64,000 nt of DNA from the human T2T-CHM13v2.0 reference genome, Homo sapiens, in assembly GCF_009914755.1 (NCBI RefSeq), contig NC_060929.1; one strand, 5' to 3'. Numbering within the stretch: the stretch's first letter is position 1; the number at the start of each line of letters is the position of its first letter. This document shows positions 1 through 12,299 of the stretch, piece after piece. Under the pieces are notes generated by a model, which was not told the DNA's origin, ran no database searches, and saw nothing but the letters and a program-made list of their open reading frames with translations. Both the position numbers and the translations under genes were made by a program.

Positions 1-984
1 TTTCCCTATGTTCAGGGAAGTATTACATGTTTCCCAGGATATATTTGGAAGCTCAATACTTTCCTCTTCAATGCATAGTGGTTCCTGCCCATTTCCTTCT
101 TTTACTTAACAATAAAGGGACTAATATGTCTGTTATTATTTTTTAATGTCAGGAAATCCCAGTTATTTCTCACAGTGGCAACTCTTTTTCTTTGGGAAAA
201 AAACCAAGGTTCTCTAACAGTTGCTCTGACTATAACTAAACTGTAAAGATAACTTTTAGAGCTCATCGAAGAATTAAAGAGGCACCTCATTTGCTTATAA
301 TGCCTTTTATGTGTGGGTCACTGTACCTATTTCTGGAGGACAGAATTTGGTCTATAGGAACATGGTCAGGCCCAGACCTAATTCTGAGTAGGAAAAACAT
401 ATCTTGGCCATGACCTTGAGCCCCCTGCCTTTCCTCCCTTCTCTTGTTCCCTCACCATTAAATGCTTGTTAGCTGCCTATATTGCTGCTCTTGACTTTCT
501 GCTCTCATCACCAAGGCAGACAACTGGTTTTCTTTTCTTTCCATTTTCACTGCAGACATTGAAGTTCTGCAGTTTCCAGCAAGCAAATCGGGCACAAAAA
601 TAGTCTCCTCCAGTTGAGTAGGTGATGGTTACCTGGATGGGAGTAATACATAGGAGGCTTGTCACAAGAAGAAAAGTACCATCTTATAGGGCAGACAGTT
701 GATTTATAAGCAAAGAAAATAAAGAAGGAATGCTTGCATGATTTTAGATGGACCAAAGGAAAATATACCACCAGGGTGCAGGGTGTCATCTCCTCAATTC
801 TTTTCCTGCTCAGTGGCCTCTTCTCCTTTTTGTAAAGAGTCGTAACTTTCCAATTCACCAAGTATACCCTCAGCCTAGGATGATGGTAAGAAAGAGGATG
901 GTGGGTTTGGGTGGAGGAGGAGGTTCTTACTCTCAGGATACTGGGCCTCTTTTCCCTAATCTCATGTCTGGAGCTCTCCATTAA

Positions 985-1190
985 AGGTCTGATCTCCAAC
1001 TTAAACTGGACTCTAGATCTCTGGGTCTGAAGGATCAGCCTGGCTCCAATTAATGCTAAAGACCTGCCCTTTCCTCTTCACCCCTGGGCTGTGCTCTCTC
1101 TCTCTCCATCCATCCATTATCTATCCATCCCTCTATCCATCCATCCATCCATTTTATTGGGGCTGTCACTCTGGAGAACCCTTACTAATA
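985..1190 (+). mobile_element. MLT2-like ERVL LTR 3' fragment with (TCCA)n tract
   Basis: Ends in ctggagaacccttactaataca, the typical MLT2 terminus, preceded by a (TCCA)n-rich stretch at ~1100-1152. The 5' boundary is uncertain. Confidence 0.45.
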
Positions 1191-2305
1191 CACCAGCCCT
1201 GAGCCTGTTCTGCAAGGTGGTGTATGCAGGAGGGCCTGAGAAGCAAAAAGACTGGTTCCTATGTAAGGCTCCGGAATCCCTTATCCTTTCCTTTTCTCCT
1301 CATTTTGGGCTCCTCTCTTTTGATTATTTTTCTCCTATCTGCTCCATGAAAGGACACAAAACTCCTCCAAGGAGTGCTGGTAAGTGTAGGCTGGTGGAGC
1401 CTCCCCAGAAATACACAGAGCTGAACATTACCCTTGAGGGATTGGGGGAGACCCACCATCCCACCATGTGCTCCATGACTTCTTTATGATAGTACCAGGC
1501 CTTGGGCCCATTGATCAGCTTGAAATCTGATGACATTGAATTGCTCATTGGGCCTGAATTTGGAGTTGCATGGGGCACCTCCCACAGAGCCTGTAGCCTA
1601 GTGGCCAAGTGTCTGCTAAGCTATGAGGGCAGCTAATAGCCTTGCCAAGGCCTACCTCACTAGGGTAAATGAGTTTGTTGCTATGGCAAAGTGTAACTGT
1701 CTTTGTGCCTATGAACTGTTATGTGAGCCTATCAAGGAATGTCAAGCTGTTTCCAGTTGGCCAAGTTCTATACTGTCTGCCCTGATGCTTCAAGGAGATA
1801 AAAGACCTCGGCATTCTCTACAGCTTGCTGGATATGAATCATCACATGCATCCTGCTTTCAAGCAGCTGCTGCATAATCCTCTGCAGGCACAGGGTGGAA
1901 TGCAGGCTTAGGACAAGAGAAGGAGAGCCGCGGGCAAGTACTATACATGTTGTCCTATGTCCGAAATTGGTGGACCACTTTAGTACTAGAATGTTTAATT
2001 TTACTTTTCTCAAGAAATAAAACATCCTAAGGCAGTCCTAAACCATTCTGACTTTTAAAAAGGAATAATAATGAATCTAGAAGAAGTAAAACTTCCACTC
2101 AAGTCTATACTTTTCCCACTAGGTTGAGAAGGTGGACAAGGAGGGGCAGTGTAGGCATGGGTTGGAGACAAGTTGGAAGGATATCATAAGGAAGAGAGGA
2201 AAAAGTGCATTTTGTATTGTTCCAGAAGCCAAAACAAAGGAAGAAGAGTTAGAAAGCAGCAATTTTTTCTTGGTATAAACAAATGTGTGTTTGTAAAAAA
2301 GGGTT

Positions 2306-2850
2306 TTTTAGTGTGGTAAAATATATATAACATAAAACTTACAATTTTCACCATTTATAAGAGCACAATTCAGGAGCATTAAGTACCTTGATATTGTGGT
2401 GCAACCATTGTCACCATCCATGTCTACATGGGTTTTATCTTTCCAAACAGAAATTCTGTACCCTTTAAATGATAACTCCCCATTTCCCTTCCCCCAGCCC
2501 CTTGGAATCACCATTCTACTTTCTGTATCTCTGAATTTGACTGTTTCAGCTGCCTCATATAAATGGGATCATATGATATATATCCTTTTGTGTCTGGCTT
2601 TTTTTTACTTAAGAACATCAAACATTATGATGTTTTCAAGGTCCATCCACATTATAACATGTGTCAGAATTTCCTTCCTTTTTAAAGGCTGAATAATATG
2701 CTACTTTATGTATATACTCAATTTATCTATTCATTTATCAATGGACATTTGGATTGTTTTTACTTTTTGGCAATTATGAATAATGCTGCAATGAACATGG
2801 GTGTACAAATATCTGTCTGAGTCACTGCTTTTAATTATTTTATTTTGGGC
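2306..2850 (-). mobile_element. Old L1 (L1MB-like) 3' end
   Basis: Antisense L1M 3'UTR motifs: ggtaaaatatatataacataaaa, ccattctactttctgtatctctgaatttgac, atgaataatgctgcaatgaacatgggtgtacaaatatct. Confidence 0.75.
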
Positions 2851-3074
2851 ATTAAATATATTTTCTAATGAACTTAACTAGAAGAAAGATCTGTCTGCCC
2901 TTGAAGTGTAGAAATTCTCCTTTACTGGGGCTAATAAAGTTTCTGGAAAATGCCCAGCCTTGAAAGACACCAGAGAAGAGAATGCCATCTCTAAACAGGA
3001 TATTTGACTAACCTAGTGACTCTTAAACCAGGTTCTACTTCTAATCACATGAGTAGCACCTAGAAATTATAGCT

Positions 3075-3631
3075 GCCTAGGAATCTGATGGACACCACAT
3101 TAACAAGGTAATTAAACGTAACATCACAAATTATGAGGCAAACTGACATCATGTGTCTCCTAGTATGACATAGATCATTATTATACTGTAGCATTCTTGC
3201 CCAAAATGCTCAATCTGAATCTAATCATGAGGAAACAAACCCAAATCGAGAGACGTTCGGCAAAATAACAAAAATGTCAAGGTCGTTAGAGAAAAAAAGA
3301 AAAGATTGGGTTCTGTCCTAGGTTAGAGGAGACTAAAAAGACATGAAAACTAAATGCATTGCAGATTCTTGATTGGACCCTGAGTGAAAAACCAACTACA
3401 AAGGATATTATTGGAAAACTGGGAAACTTTGAACATGGATTGCTAGATAGTAGTATTGTTACATTGTTAAATTTCCTGCATGATAATTATATTGTGGCTA
3501 TGCAGGTGAATATCCTTGTTCTTAGAATAAAAATGTGTCAATATCCTTTTCTTAGAAAAAAATGTGTCAACATATAAGGGTGGAGTGAAATTACATTTGC
3601 AACTAATTATCAAAAGATTCAAAAATATAGA

Positions 3632-3671
<40 letters not shown>

Positions 3672-3769
3672 GGCACATAAATATATAAAGAGATATAAAA
3701 CAAATGCGAGAAAATGTTAATGACAGTGAATCTAGGTAAAGTTTATACAGTTTTTTAATTGAACTTTTC
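3075..3769 (+). mobile_element. L1MC4-like 3'UTR; its terminus resumes at ~5160-5195 after the LTR insertion
   Basis: Motifs aatctgaatctaatcatgaggaaaca, ttcttgattggaccctg and aaaatgttaa...gtgaatctaggtaaag. The tail ttctgt...aaaataaa lies beyond the LTR. Confidence 0.65.
3632..3668. repeat. (TG)n microsatellite
   Basis: About 18 TG units with one C interruption. Confidence 0.95.
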
Positions 3770-3773
3770 ATGA

Positions 3774-5159
3774 TGATGGCAGTGGCGGGCCATCTGGACC
3801 AGCCACTACCATCATGCTGGCTGCAGTGGTGAGGTGTGGACAGTGGCAGCAGGAGTGGCTGTGGGAGCAGCATTGGCAGTGGTAGGAGCCCTGTGTCCTG
3901 CAAGTTGAGGCTGAGCCTGGGTGTTGTCACAACCTGGCCAGGTGTACAGACACTTGGGACAGCGCTGACATGCCAGCCCCCTTCTTCCTTGGCTCCCTTC
4001 AGACTTTGGGTGCCAACGAGCATGGGAGGGAAGCCGAGGAGGTGCTAAAGGCAGCTCGGTGCTGGCCTGCCAGCGCCCCTCAGCACAAACAGCCTGGGCA
4101 CCATGGATGATGGAAGGAGGCAGACAGGCTCCTGGGCAGAAAGGGGCAGGTCCTCAGTGAAGCCCCATCTTCAATCTGGGGAAGGCCTGAAGCCTGGGGG
4201 CCAGGCTGCCAATCATGCAGACCAGAGTGGGAACTTCTGGTGCTTTTTCCGGGCCCACCCACGGCCATCCACGGACCAATCTGCACGCACTTCCTCCCCT
4301 CTGAGGCATATAAAAGCTCCAGACTCAGCCGGATTCGAAGAGATGAGAGGATGACCAGCTGCAGAGAGGAGCTACCCTCTTTGCTGAGAGTTGAAGAGAT
4401 GATGGGATAACCTGTCTGCAGAGAGGAGCTACCCTCTCTGCTGAGGGCTGAACACTCATTGGGACGACCTGCCTAGCAGAGAGGAGCTACTCACTGTGGG
4501 TCTCCTCTGAGCTATTCTATTGCTCAGTAAAGCTCCTGTTTGTCTTGCTCACCCTCCACTTGTCTGCATACCTCATTCTTTCTGGATGTAGGACAAGAAC
4601 TCAGGACCCACCAAATGGCAGGGCTCAAAGAGCTATAACCAAACAGGGCTGAAACACAGCCCTTGCTCACCATGTTACCGGTGACAAGAAGGAGAGAAGA
4701 GCTGCAGCCCTTTGGGGAGCCCAGACCTAGGAGCTCCCGGAGCCAGGGCTGTGTCACCTTCTTTAGGGCTCTGTGGTTCCTGGCATCTCCAAGCTTCTGG
4801 GCACCACCATGTTGCCCGGTGTCAGCCATGGAAGCTGCTTGCTGTATGCCTAGCCCAGCTGCAGCCTCACAGGGAGCCTGTGCCTGTACCAGCGCCTGGA
4901 GCTGCCCGCCCCACTGCCGCCCACATGTGTGGCTGTGTGCAGTGGCTGGACCCCACCCTCGATCACACACTCCTCGCTGCTCTGTGCCTGGTTTGCCCTT
5001 GGCAGGTGTAGGATCCAGGCCGGTAGCATGAGCTGAGCACAGCCTGCTAGGCCAAGCGGGCAGAATGAACCCAGTGGGCCCGAGCAAAACTCGGACAGAG
5101 GAACCACTGGCCACAGAGGTTTCCAGCTGGCAAAGTGACACCCCAAGGATCCCGTAACA
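3774..5159 (+). mobile_element. MER52-family ERV1 solo LTR
   Basis: Starts TGATGGCAGTGGCGGGCCATC and ends GACACCCCAAGGATCCCGTAACA (TG...CA). 4-bp TSD ATGA (3770-3773)/ATGT (5160-5163). Internal GCAGAGAGGAGCTAC repeats; GC-rich. Confidence 0.85.
4273..4318 (+). promoter_or_regulatory. LTR core promoter: CCAAT box plus TATA box
   Basis: GGACCAATC (CCAAT at 4276-4280) and TATAAAA (4309-4315) at the expected U3 position. Activity is unknown. Confidence 0.5.
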
Positions 5160-5394
5160 ATGTTTCTGTTGGGTTAAAAATTTTAAAATAAACAGCTAGA
5201 GGCAAAAAGACAGTTTCCTGAACTCTCTCTGAGAATCTGAAGCTCCTGGGGCAGGAACTTGTATTTTTGGTGGGACCATTGTGAGACCCTGAAGAGACCC
5301 ACAGAGCACCAATCTGCAAGTCAACGTGTGGGAATGACTAAGCTCAGTGTCTTCCTTGGGACCTTTCTGATGTAAATTCTGGAATTTTCTTGAA

Positions 5395-6740
5395 AGCAGT
5401 ATTTCTAAACAGTGGGGAAAAGAGGGATTATTCAATATTTGATAGGCTAATGAGAAAAAAGAATCTGGATGCCTACCTTTTACTGCAAAATAAGTAGCAG
5501 ATGGGTCAGATGTTTAAATAAAATTTTTTAAAAAGCACCAGTGAAAGTACCTGAAGAAAATATAAAATAATCTTGAAATTCAATCTTGGAATGAAGAAGG
5601 CCTTTCTAAGGAAGAAATAAAACATAGAAACACAAACAATGGATAAAATTGTCTACATAAGTGTAAAAAAATTTCTTCACAGCCTAAAATACTTCAAAGA
5701 AATACAAAAGACAAACTACAACTAGGAACTATTATTAACAAAACAGATGGCTAGGGCTAATCTACTCCATATATAGATAAGTTTTACAAATCAAAAAGAA
5801 ATAGCAGTTACCGAAAACCAGTGGAAAAATGGGTGAAGGATGAGTGAAGAGAGTTCATAGAAAAATAGGTACAACTACCTCTTACACATACTAAAGAGTT
5901 GGTCCGTTGCTACTCATAATAAGACAAGTAGACATTAAAATTAAACTGAGACAGCATCTTTCAATGTCTAGATTGGCAGTGTTCCTAAAGTCTGACAGAG
6001 CACTATTTTACAGAGGCTATGGGGAAACAGGCGATTTCAGGCACTGTTGGTAGGCCTGCAAATGATGAAGCCTCTTTAGAGGTGATGTCGGCAACATCAA
6101 TCGAAACATTAAATGCACATGCCTTTTCCACTCAGAAATTTCACGTCTAGGAATCTACTCAACAGATATTCATGTATGTGTGGAAAGATATAAGATAGTA
6201 ACTGAAGCATTATTTAAAATCAAAGTCTAGAATAGCCTACAAGTCCATTAACAGAACATTAAATCAATATTAGAACACCTGTATAATGGAACATCTATAT
6301 ACTGTACATCTCTTAAAAATTAGCTGAATATGTGCTGATATGGGATTTTCTATAAGATCCGTAATGGAGAGAAAAGCAAGGTGGAGAACAGTTTGTATAG
6401 TAAGTGCCCTTTTATGTTACAAATGCGTGTCTATATTTTATTGTTTTATAACAGCAAGATGCTATGGAAACTATATAATAAACCATTAATAGTAACTATC
6501 TCTGACTTGGATTCTGTGGGAGGATAGTCTTTTCAATTCTTCAAATAAGTAAACATTTTTTCAGTGATTGTATTTAGGGTTGGTGAGGGCATAAGAATAT
6601 AGATATTCTCATAGACTGTTAGTGAATACACAAATTAATCCAGCCTTTTTAGGGGCTAATTTGACAATGCCTCTGAATTTTAAAAAACGCTTATACCCTA
6701 TTACCCAACACTTGGAATCTATCCCACAGAAATAAACAAA
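5395..6740 (+). mobile_element. Ancient L1ME fragments (ORF2 3' part and 3'UTR)
   Basis: Degenerate L1 motifs: cagtggggaaaagagggattattcaata, gaaaaatgggtgaagga, ggctatggggaaacagg, ctaggaatctactc. Confidence 0.6.
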
Positions 6741-7217
6741 ATCATAAAATTATTAGTACCCAGTGATAATTTTGGAGCCAATTAAGAAATTAACCAATAT
6801 GAATTTAAAAATTGAGAGGCCATGATACAAGGTCTGGTGGTCTATTTAGATGTGGGATTTAATGTCAGAAATTGTGGAAATTATGATTCCTAATAGACTG
6901 TAAATATTATGAATCCTGATCACGTATAATAAAATGACTAACAAAAAAACAGAGGATAAAGAGAAGCAATGTGAGTGGATAGGTGATAATTCTAATTATT
7001 ATGTGTCTCAGCAAAATGACTTAACTCAGCCTGTGAAATTTGAAGCATGTAGATAAAAAATAAATTTGCCAACTTAATGCTTTATATAATCTCTTGCCCT
7101 CCCTTGCTTTTCTTTTTTCTATAAACTACTTTTCTAATTTTATAGGGCTAATATAGGAAATAATATTTCTGTGGTAAAGAAACATTTATACAACTTTCAT
7201 CAACCCTTCAGGTTACT

Positions 7218-7351
7218 CAGGGCCATGGCACACACTGGTGTACATTGTACACTGCCCAGATCTAAGAGGTGCCCCTCTAGGGGCTGTAACATGGATGAGG
7301 GCCCTATGGTTGGGCAGTGCTCATCCGTACAACTGTACATGGCAGCCACAG
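7218..7351. mobile_element. MER91A-like hAT MITE
   Basis: cagggcc...tacattgtacactgcc and ...cagtgctcatccgtacaactgtacatggcagcc imperfect inverted termini. Confidence 0.5.
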
Positions 7352-7469
7352 TTTACTACAGTTCTCTTTTCTTCTAATATTTAAGCATAAAGTTATTACT
7401 TTTCTATTAAACATAAAATGTATAAAATGGCCCATTGAACCTAGTATATTTCTTCAGAGCAACAGTACA

Positions 7470-7655
7470 ATGGGATGGTTACAACACAGATTTGGAAGTT
7501 TTGCTGGCTGGATTTGACCATCAACTAGCTGAGTGATTTTGTATAAATGACTTATCCTCTTTGTGTTCCAGCTTCCTCATCCATGAAACAGAATAATTAT
7601 AGCTCAAGCAGTAGTTGTGAAGATTTAATGATGTAATCTGTGTAAATTGCTTAAG
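7470..7655 (+). mobile_element. MIR SINE
   Basis: ctagctgagtgatttt...cttcctcatccatgaaacagaataat...gttgtgaagatttaatga MIR core. Confidence 0.7.
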
Positions 7656-8849
7656 CTGAGAAGATAAATCAGCAGCCAAATATGTTCAACCTGACTGTAA
7701 CAAGAGAAAGCAAACGAAGACCTCTGCTGTTCAGCATTGGTTTGTGATCCTGAAAGGGGTGGCTCATTTGGTTATAGTTCACTAGAGAGTTCCGCCCACC
7801 TTAGGAATTTGCCATTGTTCCAATTTTCCATGATTTGAAATTGCAGTATGAATCTTCCCACATGAACCTTTTAAATTCCCAGCAAACACAATCAATAGAA
7901 GAAATCTTGCATTTTGCTTTTCTTAAAAAACATTATTTTTAAAGATTGTGCATAGTAGCTACTTCAGCACCATCATTCTGTAGTTATTAAGTAAATGCAA
8001 ATTTTTAATATTTGTGTATTGATCTGAGGAGTTTTAGTGCTGGTAGCCTGTTGTGGTTGATTTGAAAATTTGACAAAAAACAGGTGTCTGGTGAATTGTG
8101 ACTTGCCCTCTGTGGCCTGCACAGGACTCAGTTGCAGCTTTTTACTGTATTAAGCTCATATGTCACCAATAAAAAGTGATACAAGTGTAAACAGCAGATT
8201 GTAGACATGGCCTTATCCAATATTGTAAGGCACTTTCTGTGCACATTATTTATTGTTTACACCTGGGAACACAAATTTATTCTGTCTTGAGAATAGTTCA
8301 GAGATTTCATTCATTAAGGAGGATGCTGTGAAAGTATCATCAAAATCCAATATCTTTGGGCCTGAAGTTCAAACATGCCTTACAATATTAAACATGCCTT
8401 AAATATTAAACACCCTAATTGGTGGTGGCCATCACAGAAACCCACACATGCATTTTTGCAGAATTTAGCGCAGATGGTTATCTCTTCTGGCTGAATCACT
8501 CAGTGTCACCAGGGCTTTCAGGTGCTTCCCCTTACCATTTGACCTGAGCCCGTCATCTGCATGCCTGTCTGCTTCCCAGCCATGGGCTGAAGGGGCCTGA
8601 GCACATACACATCTATGAGGGATATCTTGATATATTTTTTTCAGGAAAAAAAGTACGCATAATTCGTAAGGCTGAGTTCTGCTTCCTTGTTCAATGATTT
8701 CCTAGGGATCTATCTTCTGTATCTGCACTTGGGTATCTCTCATCAATTTGCTTAAGACTGCAGGTTACAAGAAGAGATTGCAGCTCCACTTATTCCAACA
8801 CTCCCCTGCCCTCCTCTTTGAGAACTTAACATTTAAAAATCGGTTTTGT

Positions 8850-9060
8850 TTTGTTAATAGCTATAATATTCACACGGTTTAAAATTCAAAAGGTACAAAA
8901 GAATATACAGTGAAAATTTTCCCTTCTTCCCCCGACTCCCAACTATCCAATTCCCTTTCAGAAGCAACCAATGTTATCATTTTCTTGGGTGTTTTTCAGA
9001 GGTACCACGTAGATATATGTAGTCTCTCCCTTGATTTTTAGCAACTGACTTAAGTACACT
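8850..9060 (-). mobile_element. L1ME 3' fragment
   Basis: aaaattcaaaaggtacaaaagaatatacagtgaaaa...agaagcaaccaatgttatc is typical antisense L1ME3/4. Confidence 0.55.
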
Positions 9061-10960
9061 ATATGTAAAGTTCTATTTCATGTTTTTGTATTCGACGTTG
9101 TGTATACACTTTATGCAGGAACCGTCTATCTGGGAAGGTTGGCTCTTTTTTGACAGCTTCAGGAGATGCCCACAGGGACTAGGGATGGAAAATAGACTGT
9201 CTGCCAACCGTAAAGAAAAGTGCAGTCAACTCTTCCATATGTGGGGAGACGGATCTCACAGCCAGGGGATCACCCTTACATCCTCCTCAGGGTTTAAGAT
9301 CACACGGTAACTTCCCAATGCCAAACCTAGCACTGGCCACCTGGTAGGTCTCAATAGATGTCTGCCAATCGGTGGATAAGAAAAAAATGTTGGACCTACT
9401 CAATTCACAATAAACATGTTGCAGAACCAGTAAAAGCTGTTTAGAATCCATTAAAAGATTTTTGTTATGAAACCAATTTAGCCGTATCTTTTTCCTGAAC
9501 CAAGAGTACCCTCTGCACCCCTCAACCCCCACAAATGTACTAGCCTTGGGGAAAAGACTGGGTGAAAGTGTTACCACAGGCAGCAGAGGGCAGCTGTCAT
9601 CCAAGCAGAGTGTAAACTGGAGTCCCAGGTAGGTGGCAAGGGAATGGGAGAAGCAATCAAGCACCAGGTCTGATGGGCAAAGGTGAGGCCAGAGACTGCA
9701 GGCCAGGCAATAGCTAAGATGCTTAGAAGGTCAACAGCTAGGGGAAGAGCAGCAAATAGGGCAAGATGAGATGCTCAGGTGATAGGAACCAAGGCAGGGA
9801 GCTGAGAAGTTTGTTCCTATTGGCTATCTAGCCGGGGAAGAATTTGGCCAGCTCTCAGTAGGTGTACAAGCCAAGTGATAGGTGGTGTAGTCCTTTAAGA
9901 TCTTTGTTTTGGCAAACCATACCTTTTTAAAGGTGACTGTACACTTGGTGTGTTGCTCAAGTCCCTCCTAGGACTCCCACTTGAAATCAGTCCATTTATC
10001 AGCCATCCAAGAAAATAAGTATCACACTTTATAGTTAAATTCTACACACTGCAGGATCAAGAACTCGATTACATATTTTTTCTACTTTTGAAAAGTAATA
10101 AGACAGCTAGAACAAAAATAACAAAAACACTTTGATACAAAAGACCTTAGAAGATACGGGTCATGTTTGTTTGTGACTGTAAACTGCTTAGCTGAAAGTG
10201 ATTGACACTTTATTTGAAGGCTTAAAATGAAATCCTTCAGACTAGTTTCACTGTTCTGCTATCAGAATCAGATTGAAACACCAGGCAGGCCATATTCAAG
10301 CCCAGGGTTTCTGTCACAAGGCCTGGAGATGGCGTGTGGGTCTGAGATCCCCAGGCAAAGCATTTCCCAACATTTCCCTTCCTGAGGAGTACTGCCTGTT
10401 GCTCCATTTTAAGATGTCTTGGGGATGGCATAAAATGAGGGCTACTTCAATGGGAGAAGCCTATTGACTCTGAATCCAGACAAGGAGAAGACTCAAATGA
10501 CCAGAGGTAGCTCCTAAGCTTATGCTTTTGTGAGAAAGTAGCATGAAGTCCAGAATCAGATACTAGGCACATATTCACAAGATAGCTTCTGGACATATAT
10601 TGGGCTCAGCTGCTTACATCTTCTAAACCTGAAGAAATACATGGTGATAACGAAACAATGAGATCCCAACAGATCCCAAAGCTCTTCTAAATTGCCAAAG
10701 AAAGAATAAATTAATAGCTTCAATGTTAATGCATTTCATTGAATTCCAGTTCTTTGAAAGTTGGTAACCAGCTCTTTGAAAGTTGGTAACCTGAGTATGA
10801 ACGTAGGAAACAGCTTGGTAAAATAGAACATACCAGTTTCCTCTCACTGCCAACTAAATTAGAGTATACCAAAACTAGAAATGCATGAATAAATCACTAT
10901 GGCCAAAGTGGAGATATTCTCTTCCACTGTAGAATATTAAGCTCATATCTAAGAAGTATC

Positions 10961-11285
<325 letters not shown>

Positions 11286-12007
11286 TAGTTTGTAAATCTA
11301 GCATTGTCCCTCTCTGTGACAAACTGTTGTGACATATGAAGTCTTGTGCCAGAGTGGACAAAGGTTAAGCCTTATTATAGAACAGCTGAGGTTACATGGA
11401 TGACGTCAAAAGTCCTTATATTTAGAAACCTTCTCAAATTGCCTTGTGTATTGTCAGCCCTCTCAATCTGTCACTACTGGCAGCCACCAGTGGATCTGGC
11501 GTAAGAAGCCTGTGGTTTTGTGTCCCTCCCACAGGCCCACAAACTTTGGACTTTTGGTTCTCTTGCTGACTCCCTGACCCCGTTCCTGAACCCAAGAAAT
11601 TCACTCCCATGGTGGCTGGCACTGCACCCCCACACCCCTCCCTATGTTCCCTTAGGTGTCTGCTTTCAGGTAGCACTGAAACAGTCATAGCTATTTTTTA
11701 AAATGTAACTCTCCTAGAATTTAGCCATGCTATGCTATCTTGCTATTTTGAAAGCTGAATCTATTCAATATATATTTTCAAATATACATTTGTCTGCTCT
11801 ATATTCTTTTACCTCTACCTGCTACCTATTGCTTCAGATCTCCTGCATCAGACAAATTAAGAAACACCAGATTAAGATGACCATAAAGAGGAGTGTTTGT
11901 GGGGATGTAGCAGAAGGCAAAGACCAAATGTCTCACCGTCATTGTCATCTTCATCCTAAAGAAAAGGAACTAAGATTGATAGTGCCGGGGCCTGTTCCAG
12001 GCTCTTT

Positions 12008-12285
12008 TTTTTTTTTTTCTGAGACAGAGTCTCGCTCTGTCGCCCAGGCTGGAGTGCAGTGGCAAGATCTCGGCTCACTGCAATGCAAGCTCCGCCTCCC
12101 GGGTTCACGCCATTCTCCTACCTCAGCCTCTCCGAGTAGCTGGGACTACAGGCGCCCGCCACCGCCCCCAGCTAATTTTTTGTATTTTTAGTAGAGACGG
12201 GGTTTCACCGTGGTCTCGATCTCCTGACCTCGTGATCCGCCCACCTCGGCCTCCCAAAGTGCTGGGATTACAGGCGTAAGCTACC
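12008..12285 (-). mobile_element. AluY, Yd-type (12-bp left-arm deletion)
   Basis: tttcaccg|tggtctcgatc lacks tgttagccagga. 14-bp TSD GTTCCAGGCTCTTT (11994-12007 / 12286-12299). About 10 nt 5'-truncated. Confidence 0.9.
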
Positions 12286-12299
12286 GTTCCAGGCTCTTT

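Noticed and set aside
547-1877. 130-150 aa ORFs near the window start
   Set aside because: No recognisable domains, partly simple-repeat or LTR derived, and within chance expectation.
4524-5146. Overlapping 98-205 aa ORFs here and at 28931-29792
   Set aside because: They fall in GC-rich MER52-family LTRs where stops are rare, and show no protein similarity.
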